Shown here: positions 1 to 9,473 of the stretch, in pieces | Numbering within the stretch: the first letter of the stretch is position 1 | Layout of the letters: each line of letters starts with the position of its first letter | Assembly (NCBI GenBank): GCA_964625085.1 | Contig: CAZVAJ010000001.1 | Span: 32,001-96,000 of the forward strand | DNA length: 64,000 bases | Direction: 5' to 3' | DNA from: Candidatus Micrarchaeota archaeon | Lineage (GTDB): Archaea > B1Sed10-29 > JAJSAI01 | The notes under the pieces: model-generated | Database searches by the model: none | The model's input: the letters and a program-made list of their open reading frames with translations, nothing else | What the model was told of the DNA's origin: nothing | Program-made: the position numbers and the translations under genes

Positions 1-2
1 TA

Positions 3-698
3 CTTATAGGCAAAAAAGCAATCAAGTTACTAGAATACCTACAACAAAGTGAAAAAGAGTACATATGCCTAATGAAAGTGAATGCTGAAAAACAGGACAT
101 AGAAAAACTCCTAGAAGAATTCACAGGAAAAGTGTACCAAAAACCACCCAAATTATCCGCGGTCTCAAAAAAGATAAGAGTGCGTAAAATATACCGCACA
201 CGCCTCCTTGATTCAGAAGGAGACTATTTTTTGTTTCAGGTCACATGCCAACACGGAACGTACATAAGAACACTTGTAAAAGACATTGGAAGAGTTCTTG
301 GAAAGAACGCGAAAATGATAGAATTAAGAAGAACAAGAAGTAACGGGTTCAAAGAACCAGAATGTGTTCCCTTAATAAGAGTAAAAGACGCCCTAGAACT
401 AAACGCCCAGGGAAAAAAAGGACCAGAGGGAGTCCTTCTGCCCCTGGAAGAAACAGTAAGATCACTGCCAAAAGTGATAATAAAGGACAGCGCTGCAAAG
501 AATGTTATAAAAGGAGCACCATTAATGGCCCCTGGAATAATTAAAGTAGAAGGCCATGTGCAAAAGGATAAAACAGTAGCCATACTAACAGAAGACCGGC
601 AACTCCTTGCAGTAGGAAGGATGATGTTTGACAAAGGAAATTTTCCAGAGAGAGGGATCATAACAAAAACAGAAAAGGTCATCTTAGAAAAGTTATAA
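3..698 (+). CDS. cbf5: H/ACA pseudouridine synthase Cbf5/TruB with C-terminal PUA domain (5' partial)
   Basis: Frame open from window start; KEYICLM, YQKPP..SAV, CQHGTYIRTL and LRRTR motifs; PUA-like tail. Confidence 0.95.
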   Translation, partial: LIGKKAIKLLEYLQQSEKEYICLMKVNAEKQDIEKLLEEFTGKVYQKPPKLSAVSKKIRVRKIYRTRLLDSEGDYFLFQVTCQHGTYIRTLVKDIGRVLGKNAKMIELRRTRSNGFKEPECVPLIRVKDALELNAQGKKGPEGVLLPLEETVRSLPKVIIKDSAAKNVIKGAPLMAPGIIKVEGHVQKDKTVAILTEDRQLLAVGRMMFDKGNFPERGIITKTEKVILEKL

Positions 699-726
699 TA
701 ATCAAAGGAGTGTATTGTAAACCAAA

Positions 727-809
727 GCCGGGATAGCGAAGTGGTTAACGCGCCAGCCTTGAGAGCTGGTGGGCCTCGGCCCGCGTGGGTTCAAATCCCA
801 CTCCCGGCG
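727..809 (+). tRNA. tRNA-Ser(TGA)
   Basis: Cloverleaf: acceptor GCCGGGA/TCCCGGC, anticodon arm CCAGC-CTTGAGA-GCTGG, long variable arm, TTCAAAT T-loop; CCA not encoded. Confidence 0.95.
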
Positions 810-952
810 CTAGAACAAATTTCTCAGCAAACAGAAACCTTTTTAAACTGCAGCATGAGAAAAAGTACTACTAAAACTAAAAGAAGATCTTGGCGAGGCC
901 TTTTGGCCGGTGACCTACAGATAACCAAACAACTTATTCAAACGGTGAACAC

Positions 953-1414
953 ATGGCCGAATTTAAAGGAAGGTTAAGAATAGCTGGCAGAGATATAGAT
1001 GGTAACCTGCCAATCCCAAAAGCACTCCGAAGAATAAAAGGAGTGGGGATTAACTTTGCGGATAGCATTGCAAAGGTATTTTTTGAAAGTACAGGAGTCC
1101 AGCCAACAGAAAAGATAGGGACTCTTGATGACAACCAGATAAAAATAGTTGAGGACATACTTTCAAGCCCCACAAAACATGGGATAGCAACATACTTAAT
1201 AAACCGAAGAAATGACCCTGAAACAGGAGAAGACACTCATCTTATAAGCTCTGACCTAGACTTCACGATAAAACAGGATAAAGAAAAACACATGGCCATA
1301 AAGAGCTGGAGAGGTGTAAGATTCTCAGCTGGACTGCCTGTAAGAGGGCAGAGAACAAGAACCATGGGCAGGAAAGGCAAGACCCTCGGAGTACAGAGAA
1401 AGAAGAAGAAGTGA
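953..1414 (+). CDS. rps13: 30S ribosomal protein uS13
   Basis: IKGVG, SWRGVR..GLPVRGQRTRT motifs; synteny. Confidence 0.97.
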   Translation: MAEFKGRLRIAGRDIDGNLPIPKALRRIKGVGINFADSIAKVFFESTGVQPTEKIGTLDDNQIKIVEDILSSPTKHGIATYLINRRNDPETGEDTHLISSDLDFTIKQDKEKHMAIKSWRGVRFSAGLPVRGQRTRTMGRKGKTLGVQRKKKK

Positions 1415-1420
1415 TAAAGA

Positions 1421-1972
1421 ATGGGAGATCCAAGAAGACTTAAGAAAAAGTACGAAACGCCAAATCACCCTTGGGAAAAGAAAAGGATAGAAGAAGAAAA
1501 AAAACTTGTACTCGCCTACGGGCTTAAAAACAAGAGAGAACTATGGCGCGCCCAAACTTTAATAAGAAAGTACAGGCACCTTGCCAGAAACCTTGTAGGA
1601 CTCCCTGTAGAAGAAAGAGCAGAGAAAGAGAATACACTATTATCCAAAATGGAAAGCCTTGGACTTATAAAGGAAGGCGGCAGCCTTGATGATGTCTTAT
1701 CACTAAAAGCAGAAGACCTGCTTGAAAGACGGCTTCAAACAGTAGTGTGGAAAAAAGGACTTGCATTGTCTCCAAAACAAGCAAGACAGTTAATAGTCCA
1801 CAGGCACATAAAAGTAAAAGGAAACATAACCACCGCGCCTGGAATGATCATCAGTAAAGAATTAGAGCCCACAGTAGACTGGGCAAAACAACCACTAAAA
1901 CTAACGCCACCACAACAACAGGTCGCTGTAGAAGCCCAAGACAAAGCAATAGAAGGTGAGGAAAATGCCTGA
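1421..1972 (+). CDS. rps4: 30S ribosomal protein uS4
   Basis: [31 protein letters not shown]. Confidence 0.97.
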   Translation: MGDPRRLKKKYETPNHPWEKKRIEEEKKLVLAYGLKNKRELWRAQTLIRKYRHLARNLVGLPVEERAEKENTLLSKMESLGLIKEGGSLDDVLSLKAEDLLERRLQTVVWKKGLALSPKQARQLIVHRHIKVKGNITTAPGMIISKELEPTVDWAKQPLKLTPPQQQVAVEAQDKAIEGEENA

Positions 1973-2351
1973 GTACTGGGGAATAGCACACATATTTTCA
2001 AGCAAGAATAATACCATAATCACGATAACTGACCTAACAGGAGCAGAAACACTGGCAAAGTGTTCTGGAGGAATGGTTGTAGACTCTGATCGTAAAGAAG
2101 GAAGCCCTTATGCTGCAATGATCGCTGCTCAGAAAGTGGCTGAAAACGCCAAAGCCAAAGGAGTGACCGGAGTCCACATAAGGGTAAGAGCTCCAGGCGG
2201 GCACTTCAGCAAAATCCCCGGTGCAGGGGCACAAGCCTGCATCAGAGCCCTTGCAAGAAGCGGTCTCAGGATAGGAAAAATAGAAGATGTCACTCCGATA
2301 CCTCACGATACCACAAGACGACCCGGTGGAAAGAGGGGAAGAAGGGTATGA
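1965..2351 (+). CDS. rps11: 30S ribosomal protein uS11
   Basis: [29 protein letters not shown]; start moved to ATG 1965 after GGTGA SD. Confidence 0.97.
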   Translation: MPEYWGIAHIFSSKNNTIITITDLTGAETLAKCSGGMVVDSDRKEGSPYAAMIAAQKVAENAKAKGVTGVHIRVRAPGGHFSKIPGAGAQACIRALARSGLRIGKIEDVTPIPHDTTRRPGGKRGRRV

Positions 2352-2947
2352 AGCTCAACATAAAAAAAGAGAAGGACAACACGCTGACGTTCGAGCTAAA
2401 AGATGCGTCTCCAGCGTATGCAAATGCCCTAAGAAGAACAATCATGAGAGAAGTTCCAGTAATGGCGATAAAAGAAGTAGACATCTACGAGAATACCAGT
2501 AGCTTGTTCCCAGAATACATCGCACACAGGCTTGGGATGATACCCCTCACAACAGACCTAACCGCCTATGTTCTACCAGAAAACTGCTGCGGCGGAAACT
2601 GCTCAAAATGCTCAACAATACTAACGCTCGATGTAGAAGGTCCAAAGACAGTTTATTCTAAGGATCTTAAACCAACAGACGAAAACGTAACTCCCGCATA
2701 CGAAAATATCCCTATAATAAAACTAATAGAAGGCCAAAGGCTAAGGCTAGAAGCCAAAGCCGTATTAGGAAGGTCAAAAGACCACGCGAGATGGCAGTCC
2801 TGCCATGTGTCATACAACACCACCAATGGGAAAGATTATAAGTTTGAGCTTGAATCCTACGGCAACCTGCCTGCAAAAAAGATTCTTGAAAAAGCCGTAA
2901 AGATTCTTGAAACAGGTGTAAAAGAGATAAAAGCTAAAGTCAAGTGA
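2348..2947 (+). CDS. rpoD: RNA polymerase subunit Rpo3 (D), short form
   Basis: [20 protein letters not shown]; Cys cluster CCGGNCSKC; no C-terminal Fe-S domain. Confidence 0.95.
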   Translation: MKLNIKKEKDNTLTFELKDASPAYANALRRTIMREVPVMAIKEVDIYENTSSLFPEYIAHRLGMIPLTTDLTAYVLPENCCGGNCSKCSTILTLDVEGPKTVYSKDLKPTDENVTPAYENIPIIKLIEGQRLRLEAKAVLGRSKDHARWQSCHVSYNTTNGKDYKFELESYGNLPAKKILEKAVKILETGVKEIKAKVK

Positions 2948-2953
2948 TGCCCC

Positions 2954-3319
2954 ATGAAAAGATCTGAAAAAAAAGCGAGAGAAAAAACAAATCCCCTAAT
3001 AAAAGAAGCAGTAATCACGCTTAACAAAACAAAAGCCAAAGCTTGGAAAGACGTTGCAAGAAGAATAACAGCACCAACAAGACAGAATAAGGGAGTTCCG
3101 CTGTCAAGAATATCAAAATATACCGCAGAAGGAGACACTGTAGTAATCCCTGGAAAAGTGTTAGGAAACGGGGACATCAACCATAGTATTACCCTCGCTG
3201 CAACAGGCTACTCAAAAAAGGCTTCAGAAAAACTCAAAGAAGCCAAGTGCAAAACAATGAGCATTTTGGAACTCGCCAAAAAGAACCCTGAAGGAAAGAA
3301 CATAAAAATCATAGGGTGA
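2954..3319 (+). CDS. rpl18e: 50S ribosomal protein eL18
   Basis: KTNP, VVIPGKVLG.G, NPEG; synteny. Confidence 0.95.
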   Translation: MKRSEKKAREKTNPLIKEAVITLNKTKAKAWKDVARRITAPTRQNKGVPLSRISKYTAEGDTVVIPGKVLGNGDINHSITLAATGYSKKASEKLKEAKCKTMSILELAKKNPEGKNIKIIG

Positions 3320-3738
3320 AAATGAACATGAAAATATATAACGGAGACAACAGCGTGCTTGGAAGACTGGCATCCAGAGTAGCTCAAGATCTGCTTGAAG
3401 GAGAAGAAGTCAAGATAATCAATGCAGAAAAAGTTGTGATAACAGGAAACAAAGAGGATATCCAAGCTAAGTACGCTCACAGATTCCAAGACCTCACTAA
3501 CGCAGCCAACCCCCGGAAAGGCCCAAGAAGAAGCAGGAGGCCTGACCTGTTCGTAAAAAGAGTGATAAGGGGAATGGTCCCAAGAAAAACAAAAAGAGGA
3601 AGGGATGCATTATCACGCTTAAAAGTTTACATTCAAGACCCCGAACAGCTTGAAAACAAAGCAGAGAAATACGCAGAATGCAAAAGCGCTAAAAAAATGA
3701 GCGTACTAGAACTCTGCAACTGGCTAGGTGGTAAATGA
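3316..3738 (+). CDS. rpl13: 50S ribosomal protein uL13
   Basis: LGRLAS.VA, INAEKVVITG, RGM.P. Confidence 0.95.
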   Translation: MKMNMKIYNGDNSVLGRLASRVAQDLLEGEEVKIINAEKVVITGNKEDIQAKYAHRFQDLTNAANPRKGPRRSRRPDLFVKRVIRGMVPRKTKRGRDALSRLKVYIQDPEQLENKAEKYAECKSAKKMSVLELCNWLGGK

Positions 3739-4178
3739 TGGCAACTAAAAAGAAGACAAAAGAAGAGAAGATAGTAATCACAAGAGGAAAAAAGAAAAGA
3801 GCAGTCGCAAGGGCAAGAGTAAAAAATGGACTGAAAAGCCTGAAAGTAAACGGCAAAAGCGTTGAAAGCCTGAATCCAAGTATAGTAAAAGATATCATAA
3901 CTGAACCAATAGAACTGGCAAGGAATGTTCTCGGAGAAGGATTTGACAACAATCTTGACATTGATGTTAATGTTTATGGTGGAGGCATAATGGGCCAAGC
4001 ATTCGCAACAAGAACAGCGATCGGAAAAGCACTCCTAAAATGGACCGAATCAGAAGAACTTAAAAACATGTTCTCAGAATACGACACAACACTCGTAAAA
4101 GAAGACGTCAGAAAGAAAGAACCTAAAAAGTACCTGAGAAAAGGTGCAAGGGCCAGGCCTACAACATCATACAGGTGA
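3735..4178 (+). CDS. rps9: 30S ribosomal protein uS9
   Basis: [26 protein letters not shown]. Confidence 0.95.
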   Translation: MMATKKKTKEEKIVITRGKKKRAVARARVKNGLKSLKVNGKSVESLNPSIVKDIITEPIELARNVLGEGFDNNLDIDVNVYGGGIMGQAFATRTAIGKALLKWTESEELKNMFSEYDTTLVKEDVRKKEPKKYLRKGARARPTTSYR

Positions 4179-4185
4179 AGAGAAA

Positions 4186-4383
4186 ATGATGATACCAGTA
4201 AGATGCTTTTCATGCGGAAAACCAGTAGGCCACTTGTGGGAAGAGTATCAAAGGAGAATAAAAGAAGAAGATCCGGAAAAAGTCCTGGACTCCCTTGGAC
4301 TAAACAGATACTGCTGCAGAAGAATGCTTGTATCCCACGCAGACCTGATAGATCAAATCATAGTATACGATAAAAAACAATAA
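4186..4383 (+). CDS. rpoN: RNA polymerase subunit Rpo10 (N)
   Basis: [12 protein letters not shown]...RYCCRRM; start at ATG 4186. Confidence 0.97.
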   Translation: MMIPVRCFSCGKPVGHLWEEYQRRIKEEDPEKVLDSLGLNRYCCRRMLVSHADLIDQIIVYDKKQ

Positions 4384-4406
4384 CGCCCCATCATAATATC
4401 AGAGAA

Positions 4407-4482
4407 GGGGCCGTGGGGTAGCCTGGTAGCCTTTCACCTTGGGGTGGTGGCGACTCGAGTTCAAATCTCGGCGGCCCCACCA
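4407..4482 (+). tRNA. tRNA-Pro(GGG)
   Basis: GGGGCCG/CGGCCCC acceptor, TCACC-TTGGGGT-GGTGG anticodon arm, encoded CCA. Confidence 0.92.
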
Positions 4483-4502
4483 ATAAGGGCGCCTTTCCCG
4501 CT

Positions 4503-4612
4503 GCGCGGTTAGTCTAGTCTCCTTCCAGCCCGAAAAGGACAGAAGGATAGAATGGTTAGGACATTGGCCTTCCAAGCCAATGACCCGGGTTCAAATCCCG
4601 GACCGCGCACCA
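4503..4612 (+). tRNA. tRNA-Gly(TCC) with non-canonical D-loop intron (4519-4553)
   Basis: Acceptor GCGCGGT/ACCGCGC, anticodon arm TTGGC-CTTCCAA-GCCAA, CCA; removing the 35-nt insert restores D-arm GTCTAGTGGTTAGGAC. Confidence 0.9.
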
Positions 4613-4728
4613 AATAAAAAACTTTTTATAGTCATAATTAATGTAAGCAGAGATAATACTCCTCACGGCAAAAGAGCAAACATAAAAAACAGAACGCATA
4701 AAAAGCACTAAAACCAAATTAACACTGG

Positions 4729-4847
4729 GCGGGAGTCGCCTAGCCCGGTCATGGCGCTGGACTCAAGTGACCTTTCTTTGAAAAAGAAACCGGCCGGGGG
4801 TATCCAGTGGCTTAGTGCCATCGAGGGTTCAAATCCCTCCTCCCGCA
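4729..4847 (+). tRNA. tRNA-Leu(CAA) with intron at 37/38 (4768-4801)
   Basis: GCGGGAG/CTCCCGC acceptor, CTGGA-CTCAAG[34 nt]A-TCCAG, long variable arm. Confidence 0.9.
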
Positions 4848-4908
4848 CTATACAATCCATTTACCAAAAAGGAATAAAAACCCTGGCAAGAGAACAGTAT
4901 AATAGAAC

Positions 4909-4984
4909 GCGCCGTTAGTCTAGTCTGGTAGGACTCAAGCTTGCCAAGCTTGTGGCCCGGGTTCAAATCCCGGACGGCGCACCA
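4909..4984 (+). tRNA. tRNA-Gly(GCC)
   Basis: GCGCCGT/ACGGCGC acceptor, CAAGC-TTGCCAA-GCTTG, encoded CCA. Confidence 0.95.
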
Positions 4985-5014
4985 CCACAAAAATTGTTCA
5001 AAGTGACCAGTATA

Positions 5015-6199
5015 ATGATAAACAAAATAACAAATGTGGACCTCAGGATTGTTTTAGACTCAACAGGCAACAAGACAGTAGAAGCAGAGATCACCACCGA
5101 CTTCGGGAAAGGAGTGGCAGCATCACCGAGGGGCACGAGCACAGGAAAACATGAAGCGGTGTTCTCTCCAGAGCCTGTTGAAAAACTCGTTAAAACCGCA
5201 AAGAAAAATTTTCTTCCCCTTTTGATTACACTTGAAGCTCAAGCAGAAGTAGACAGCGTGATTGAAAAGTATGATGGCACAGAAAACCTGTCCAGGATAG
5301 GGGGAGCAGTATCAACTGCAGTTTCAATGGCCGCGGCAAAAGCATTTGCAAGAGCATACAACATGCCCTTGTACCAGACACTGGCTTTTACTAACACCCT
5401 ACCTTACCTCCTTTCAAAGGTTATTGGCGGAGGGCTCCACGCTAAAAAAGGGTGTGATGTACAAGAGATATTAGTGGGGGGCCTTGGAAAAAGTATCCTG
5501 GAATGTGCTGAAATAAACTTAAGAATACATGAACGAATAGGAGAATTAATAGGAACCGGCAGGGACCTTGAAGGAGGATGGATCGCACCACTTACAACTG
5601 AAGACGCCTTGGGCCTTGTTAAAGATGTCATACAGGAAACAGGAGAAAAAGCACGGATGGGAATAGATGTGGCAGGCAGTACACTGCTAAACAAAGGAGC
5701 ATACGTTTATAAACACGAAAAAATGAAAAGAGAAAGAGAAGAACAAATAGACTTCATTAAGCGAATTACAAAAGACTACAACCTCAAGTACGTTGAAGAC
5801 CCGCTTGAAGAAGAAGACTTTGAAGGACACAAAGAACTAACAAAAAGCATTGGAAAACGAACCTTCATATGTGGGGATGACCTGTACACCACAAACCCAA
5901 AAAGAATAGAAAAAGGACATGACGCGTGCAACACCGTACTAATAAAACCAAACCAAGCAGGCACCCTAACAAGAATGTTCAACGCAATAACAAAAGCCCA
6001 AAACAACGGACAAAATCTTGTGGTATCCCACAGGTCTGCTGAAACGAACGACACTAGCATAGCGCACTACGCCGTGGCGTTCGACGCCAAGATGATAAAA
6101 ATAGGCATAGTCGGCGGAGAAAGAACCGCAAAAATAAACGAGCTCATTAAAATAGAAGAAACTATGGAAAAACCAAGAATGATAAAGCTAAAAAAATAA
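5015..6199 (+). CDS. eno: Enolase (divergent)
   Basis: DSTGNKTVE, GTSTGKHEA, YVEDP, GDDL, IKPNQ, SHRS, ERTAK; start moved to ATG 5015 to avoid the tRNA. Confidence 0.93.
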   Translation: MINKITNVDLRIVLDSTGNKTVEAEITTDFGKGVAASPRGTSTGKHEAVFSPEPVEKLVKTAKKNFLPLLITLEAQAEVDSVIEKYDGTENLSRIGGAVSTAVSMAAAKAFARAYNMPLYQTLAFTNTLPYLLSKVIGGGLHAKKGCDVQEILVGGLGKSILECAEINLRIHERIGELIGTGRDLEGGWIAPLTTEDALGLVKDVIQETGEKARMGIDVAGSTLLNKGAYVYKHEKMKREREEQIDFIKRITKDYNLKYVEDPLEEEDFEGHKELTKSIGKRTFICGDDLYTTNPKRIEKGHDACNTVLIKPNQAGTLTRMFNAITKAQNNGQNLVVSHRSAETNDTSIAHYAVAFDAKMIKIGIVGGERTAKINELIKIEETMEKPRMIKLKK

Positions 6200-6246
6200 T
6201 TGATTGCCTGCATTATTTTATTGCAGGGATTGGAGGTGCATAAAAT

Positions 6247-6858
6247 ATGACTGAAACACAACAACTTGCTCCCCTTGAAAAGCTTCTTGAAGCAGGAATA
6301 CACATAGGAAGCAAGTTCAAAACAGGCGACATGAAAAAATTTGTATACAAACATAGGAACGATGGACTCTGCGTACTGGACGTAAACCAGACCCAAGAGA
6401 GGATAGGAATAGCCGCCAAGTTTCTGGCGATGTATGAACCTTCTGACATACTAATAGTGGCAGGAAGGTCATACGCCCAAAAACCAGCCAAGATAATGGC
6501 AGAAACCATACAAGCTAACTACAGGATAGGCAGGTTCATTCCAGGGACCTTGACAAACCCCGCTAACGAGAACTTTATAGAACCAAAAATAGTGCTAATA
6601 GCAGACCCTCCTATAGACAGACAAGCAATCCAAGAAGCAAAAAAAGCAAAGATTCCTGTAATAGGAATATGCGACAGCAGTAACCTAACAAAGAATATAG
6701 ACTTAGTAATACCCGCGAACAACAAAGGCAAAAAAAGCCTTGCACTAGTGTTCTGGTTGCTCACAAAAGAGTACCTGAAAAACAGAGGGCTGATAAAATC
6801 AGATTCAGAGTTCAAGAAAAGGCCTGAGGACTATGAATCAGGAAGAGAAAGAAGATAG
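6247..6858 (+). CDS. rps2: 30S ribosomal protein uS2
   Basis: AGIHIG, RFIPGTLTNP, IPANNKG. Confidence 0.97.
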   Translation: MTETQQLAPLEKLLEAGIHIGSKFKTGDMKKFVYKHRNDGLCVLDVNQTQERIGIAAKFLAMYEPSDILIVAGRSYAQKPAKIMAETIQANYRIGRFIPGTLTNPANENFIEPKIVLIADPPIDRQAIQEAKKAKIPVIGICDSSNLTKNIDLVIPANNKGKKSLALVFWLLTKEYLKNRGLIKSDSEFKKRPEDYESGRERR

Positions 6859-7651
6859 TATCAGGCGCCCTGCTGCAAGTGGAACATTCTACCCAAACGA
6901 CAAAAAGAAGCTTGAAAATCTCCTTCAAGCTTTCTTGGAAGGACAAAAAAAAGAAGGAATTGCGGGCCTCATAAGCCCCCACGCAGGGTACGCGTACTCT
7001 GGAAGAATAGCTGGAAAAGCGTACTCACTTCTTAGAGGAACTCAAAAAAGAACAGTAGTGATAATCGGACCAAACCACACCGGGCTCGGAGCCCCTGTTT
7101 CAGTATACCCTGGCGGATTCTGGGAAACCCCCCTTGGAAAAGTGAAAGTTGATGAAGAAAAAGCAAGAGAGATAGGAAACGAATTCTGGCTTGAGAAGGA
7201 AGCGCACGAACTGGAACATTCTATTGAAGTACAAATTCCTTTCATGCAATACACCCTAAAAGATTTCAAGATCGTGCCTGTGTGCATGATGGACCAAAGC
7301 ATGGAAACCGCAAAAGAACTTGGTAAAATACTATCAAAAGCCTTAGACTCGGAAAAAGACCTTGTGATTGCTTCAACTGACTTCTCACACTATGTTCCAG
7401 AAGAAATTGCAGAAGAGTATGACAAAAAAGCCATCAGGAGCATAACAAACCTTGATCAAGAGGGGTTATATTCTCTGGTATTTTCAGGGTTTAGTATGTG
7501 CGGCTACGGCCCAGTATGCGCGCTAATCGAGTACACAAAACAGAACAATGGCCGCATCCATGAGGTGGAGTACGGAACAAGCGGGGAAACAACAGGAGAC
7601 ACCTCGCAAGTAGTTGGGTACGCTTCTCTTTATTCAGAGGTGAAAAAATGA
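6833..7651 (+). CDS. MEMO1-family protein (AmmeMemoRadiSam protein B)
   Basis: RRPA..GTFYP, PHAGYAYSG, GPNH, EHSIEVQ, STDFSHY, CGYGP, VGYA. Confidence 0.93.
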   Translation: MNQEEKEDSIRRPAASGTFYPNDKKKLENLLQAFLEGQKKEGIAGLISPHAGYAYSGRIAGKAYSLLRGTQKRTVVIIGPNHTGLGAPVSVYPGGFWETPLGKVKVDEEKAREIGNEFWLEKEAHELEHSIEVQIPFMQYTLKDFKIVPVCMMDQSMETAKELGKILSKALDSEKDLVIASTDFSHYVPEEIAEEYDKKAIRSITNLDQEGLYSLVFSGFSMCGYGPVCALIEYTKQNNGRIHEVEYGTSGETTGDTSQVVGYASLYSEVKK

Positions 7652-8655
7652 ATAGGACAGTATCCACTCCTGGAAAGATAACAATACTCGGCGAATACGC
7701 TGTAATGTACGGTAAAACAGGCGTGTCAGCCGCGCTGCAAGAAAGAGTAAAAGTAACTGCAAAAGATCATCAAGGGATAAGAATATCTCTCAATGGAAAG
7801 ACAGAGGAGTACTCCAGGGATAAAGCTAAAGAACTCTTCCTGCAAGCAAACAGTATGATAAGAAGAAAAGACGTTGAAGGACTTGACATGTTCCTTGAAA
7901 AAAGGTTCCCTCCCTTAGCAGCCCTTGCATGGAAGTGCATGGAACTAAAAGGGGCAAACGAAGGAGTGGAACTAGACATACTGTATTCCCTACCTGACGC
8001 AGCAGGATTGGGTGCTTCTTCAGCCATCTCATCAGCAGTATCCGCCGCGATAATAGGGTATAAAACAGAGGTTGAAAAACGAAAAGTGTTTGATGCGAGC
8101 ATGTTCGGAGACAGTATAGCACACCTCACTCCCAGTGGCCTGGACTGTGAAACAACAATAAAAGGAGGATTCTTGTCTTACAGAAAAGGGTTCAACCCAA
8201 ACAGGATAGACGTGGACTACGAACTTCCGATAGTAGTAGGAGATACAGGGAAAAGAAGCAAAGCAGTGGACATGGTCAAAAAAGTAGAAGACCTAAGAAC
8301 AGGAGACCCAAGAGCAAACGAGTGGCTGAACGAACTTGATGAGGCTGCCAGAGAGGGGCTGGAAGCAATAAAAAAACAGGACATTCAGGAACTAGCTTTC
8401 AACATAAACAAATCCCAGGAGCTTTTAAGACACCTGAAGGTCTCAACACCTGAAATAGAAAACCTGATAATAACAAGCTTAAGGGCGGGGGCGATCGCCG
8501 CAGAAATCACAGGACAAGGAGGCGGTGGAGCGATGTTTGCATTATGCGAAAAACCTGAGGATGTTGAAAAAGTGGCTGAAGCCATAAGAAAAGAAGGGGG
8601 CAGCGTAATAAAAACAGTAATAGGCGGTCCTGGACTAAAAGTGGATGAGAGATAA
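7648..8655 (+). CDS. mvk: Mevalonate kinase-like GHMP kinase
   Basis: PGKI..LGE, GLGASSA, H..PSGLD, TG.GGGG; mvk-ipk-fni synteny. Confidence 0.82.
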   Translation: MNRTVSTPGKITILGEYAVMYGKTGVSAALQERVKVTAKDHQGIRISLNGKTEEYSRDKAKELFLQANSMIRRKDVEGLDMFLEKRFPPLAALAWKCMELKGANEGVELDILYSLPDAAGLGASSAISSAVSAAIIGYKTEVEKRKVFDASMFGDSIAHLTPSGLDCETTIKGGFLSYRKGFNPNRIDVDYELPIVVGDTGKRSKAVDMVKKVEDLRTGDPRANEWLNELDEAAREGLEAIKKQDIQELAFNINKSQELLRHLKVSTPEIENLIITSLRAGAIAAEITGQGGGGAMFALCEKPEDVEKVAEAIRKEGGSVIKTVIGGPGLKVDER

Positions 8656-8678
8656 GAAAAGTTAAGGAGGAAAACAGA

Positions 8679-9473
8679 ATGCAAGAGCTTATGATCGTGA
8701 AATTAGGCGGGTCAGCAATAACCAGAAAAAGCTCTGAAAAGCCAGAAGTCAACCATGATACACTAAATCGCCTGGCGAAAGAAATGGGAAAGTGGTATTC
8801 CCCTGAAAAAAAGGTAATAATAATCCACGGTGCAGGAAGCTACGGGCACGTGATAGTAAAAAAAACAGGGATACACAAAGGCGTGGAGAACCCGGAGCAG
8901 AGAAAAGCGTTTGCGGAAACGCAGAGACTGCAGAACGAGCTTGACACAATAGTGTGCAAAGCTCTAATAAACGAAGGGGTGCCTGCCTTTCCACTGCAAG
9001 CAAGCTCAACAGCAGTTATGGAAAGAGGACGCTTAAAGAAAATGGACTGTGAAGTGATAAAAGGACTCGTGAATAATGGAATCGTGCCCGTGTTATACGG
9101 TGTGCCGGCATATGACACTGTCCAGGTGTGTTCTATTCTCTCAGGAGATGTTATTGCCCCATATCTTGCACTAGAACTAGGGGCAAAGATGGTGATCCAC
9201 GGCACTAATGTCAACGGGGTTTACACAGGAGACCCAAAAAAAGACCCGGATGCAAAACAGATACCTGAAATAAATCAAGAAAACTGGGGCCAGGTTAAAA
9301 ACGCTCTCGGCCTTTCCGCAGACACCGACGTAACAGGAGGCATGAAAGGAAAAGTAGAAGAAGCGTATGAACTGGCTAGAAAAGGAGTAAAAAGCAGGAT
9401 CATTGATATTACTACGCCTGATAACCTTTTCAGAGCACTTAACGGCGAAAGCATCGGCACTTTAATAAGGTGA
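8679..9473 (+). CDS. ipk: Isopentenyl phosphate kinase
   Basis: VKLGGSAIT, HGAGSYGH, ILSGD, DVTGGM. Confidence 0.93.
   Translation: MQELMIVKLGGSAITRKSSEKPEVNHDTLNRLAKEMGKWYSPEKKVIIIHGAGSYGHVIVKKTGIHKGVENPEQRKAFAETQRLQNELDTIVCKALINEGVPAFPLQASSTAVMERGRLKKMDCEVIKGLVNNGIVPVLYGVPAYDTVQVCSILSGDVIAPYLALELGAKMVIHGTNVNGVYTGDPKKDPDAKQIPEINQENWGQVKNALGLSADTDVTGGMKGKVEEAYELARKGVKSRIIDITTPDNLFRALNGESIGTLIR

Noticed and set aside
741..977. 78-aa ORF in the track
   Set aside because: It is a translation of tRNA-Ser and the rps13 leader.
4981..4987. CCACCA after tRNA-Gly(GCC) as a degradation tag
   Set aside because: That tag is added post-transcriptionally to unstable tRNAs starting with G1-G2; this tRNA starts GC and has a perfect acceptor stem.
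4952..5014. N-terminal extension of enolase
   Set aside because: It overlaps tRNA-Gly(GCC); enolase similarity begins at ATG 5015.
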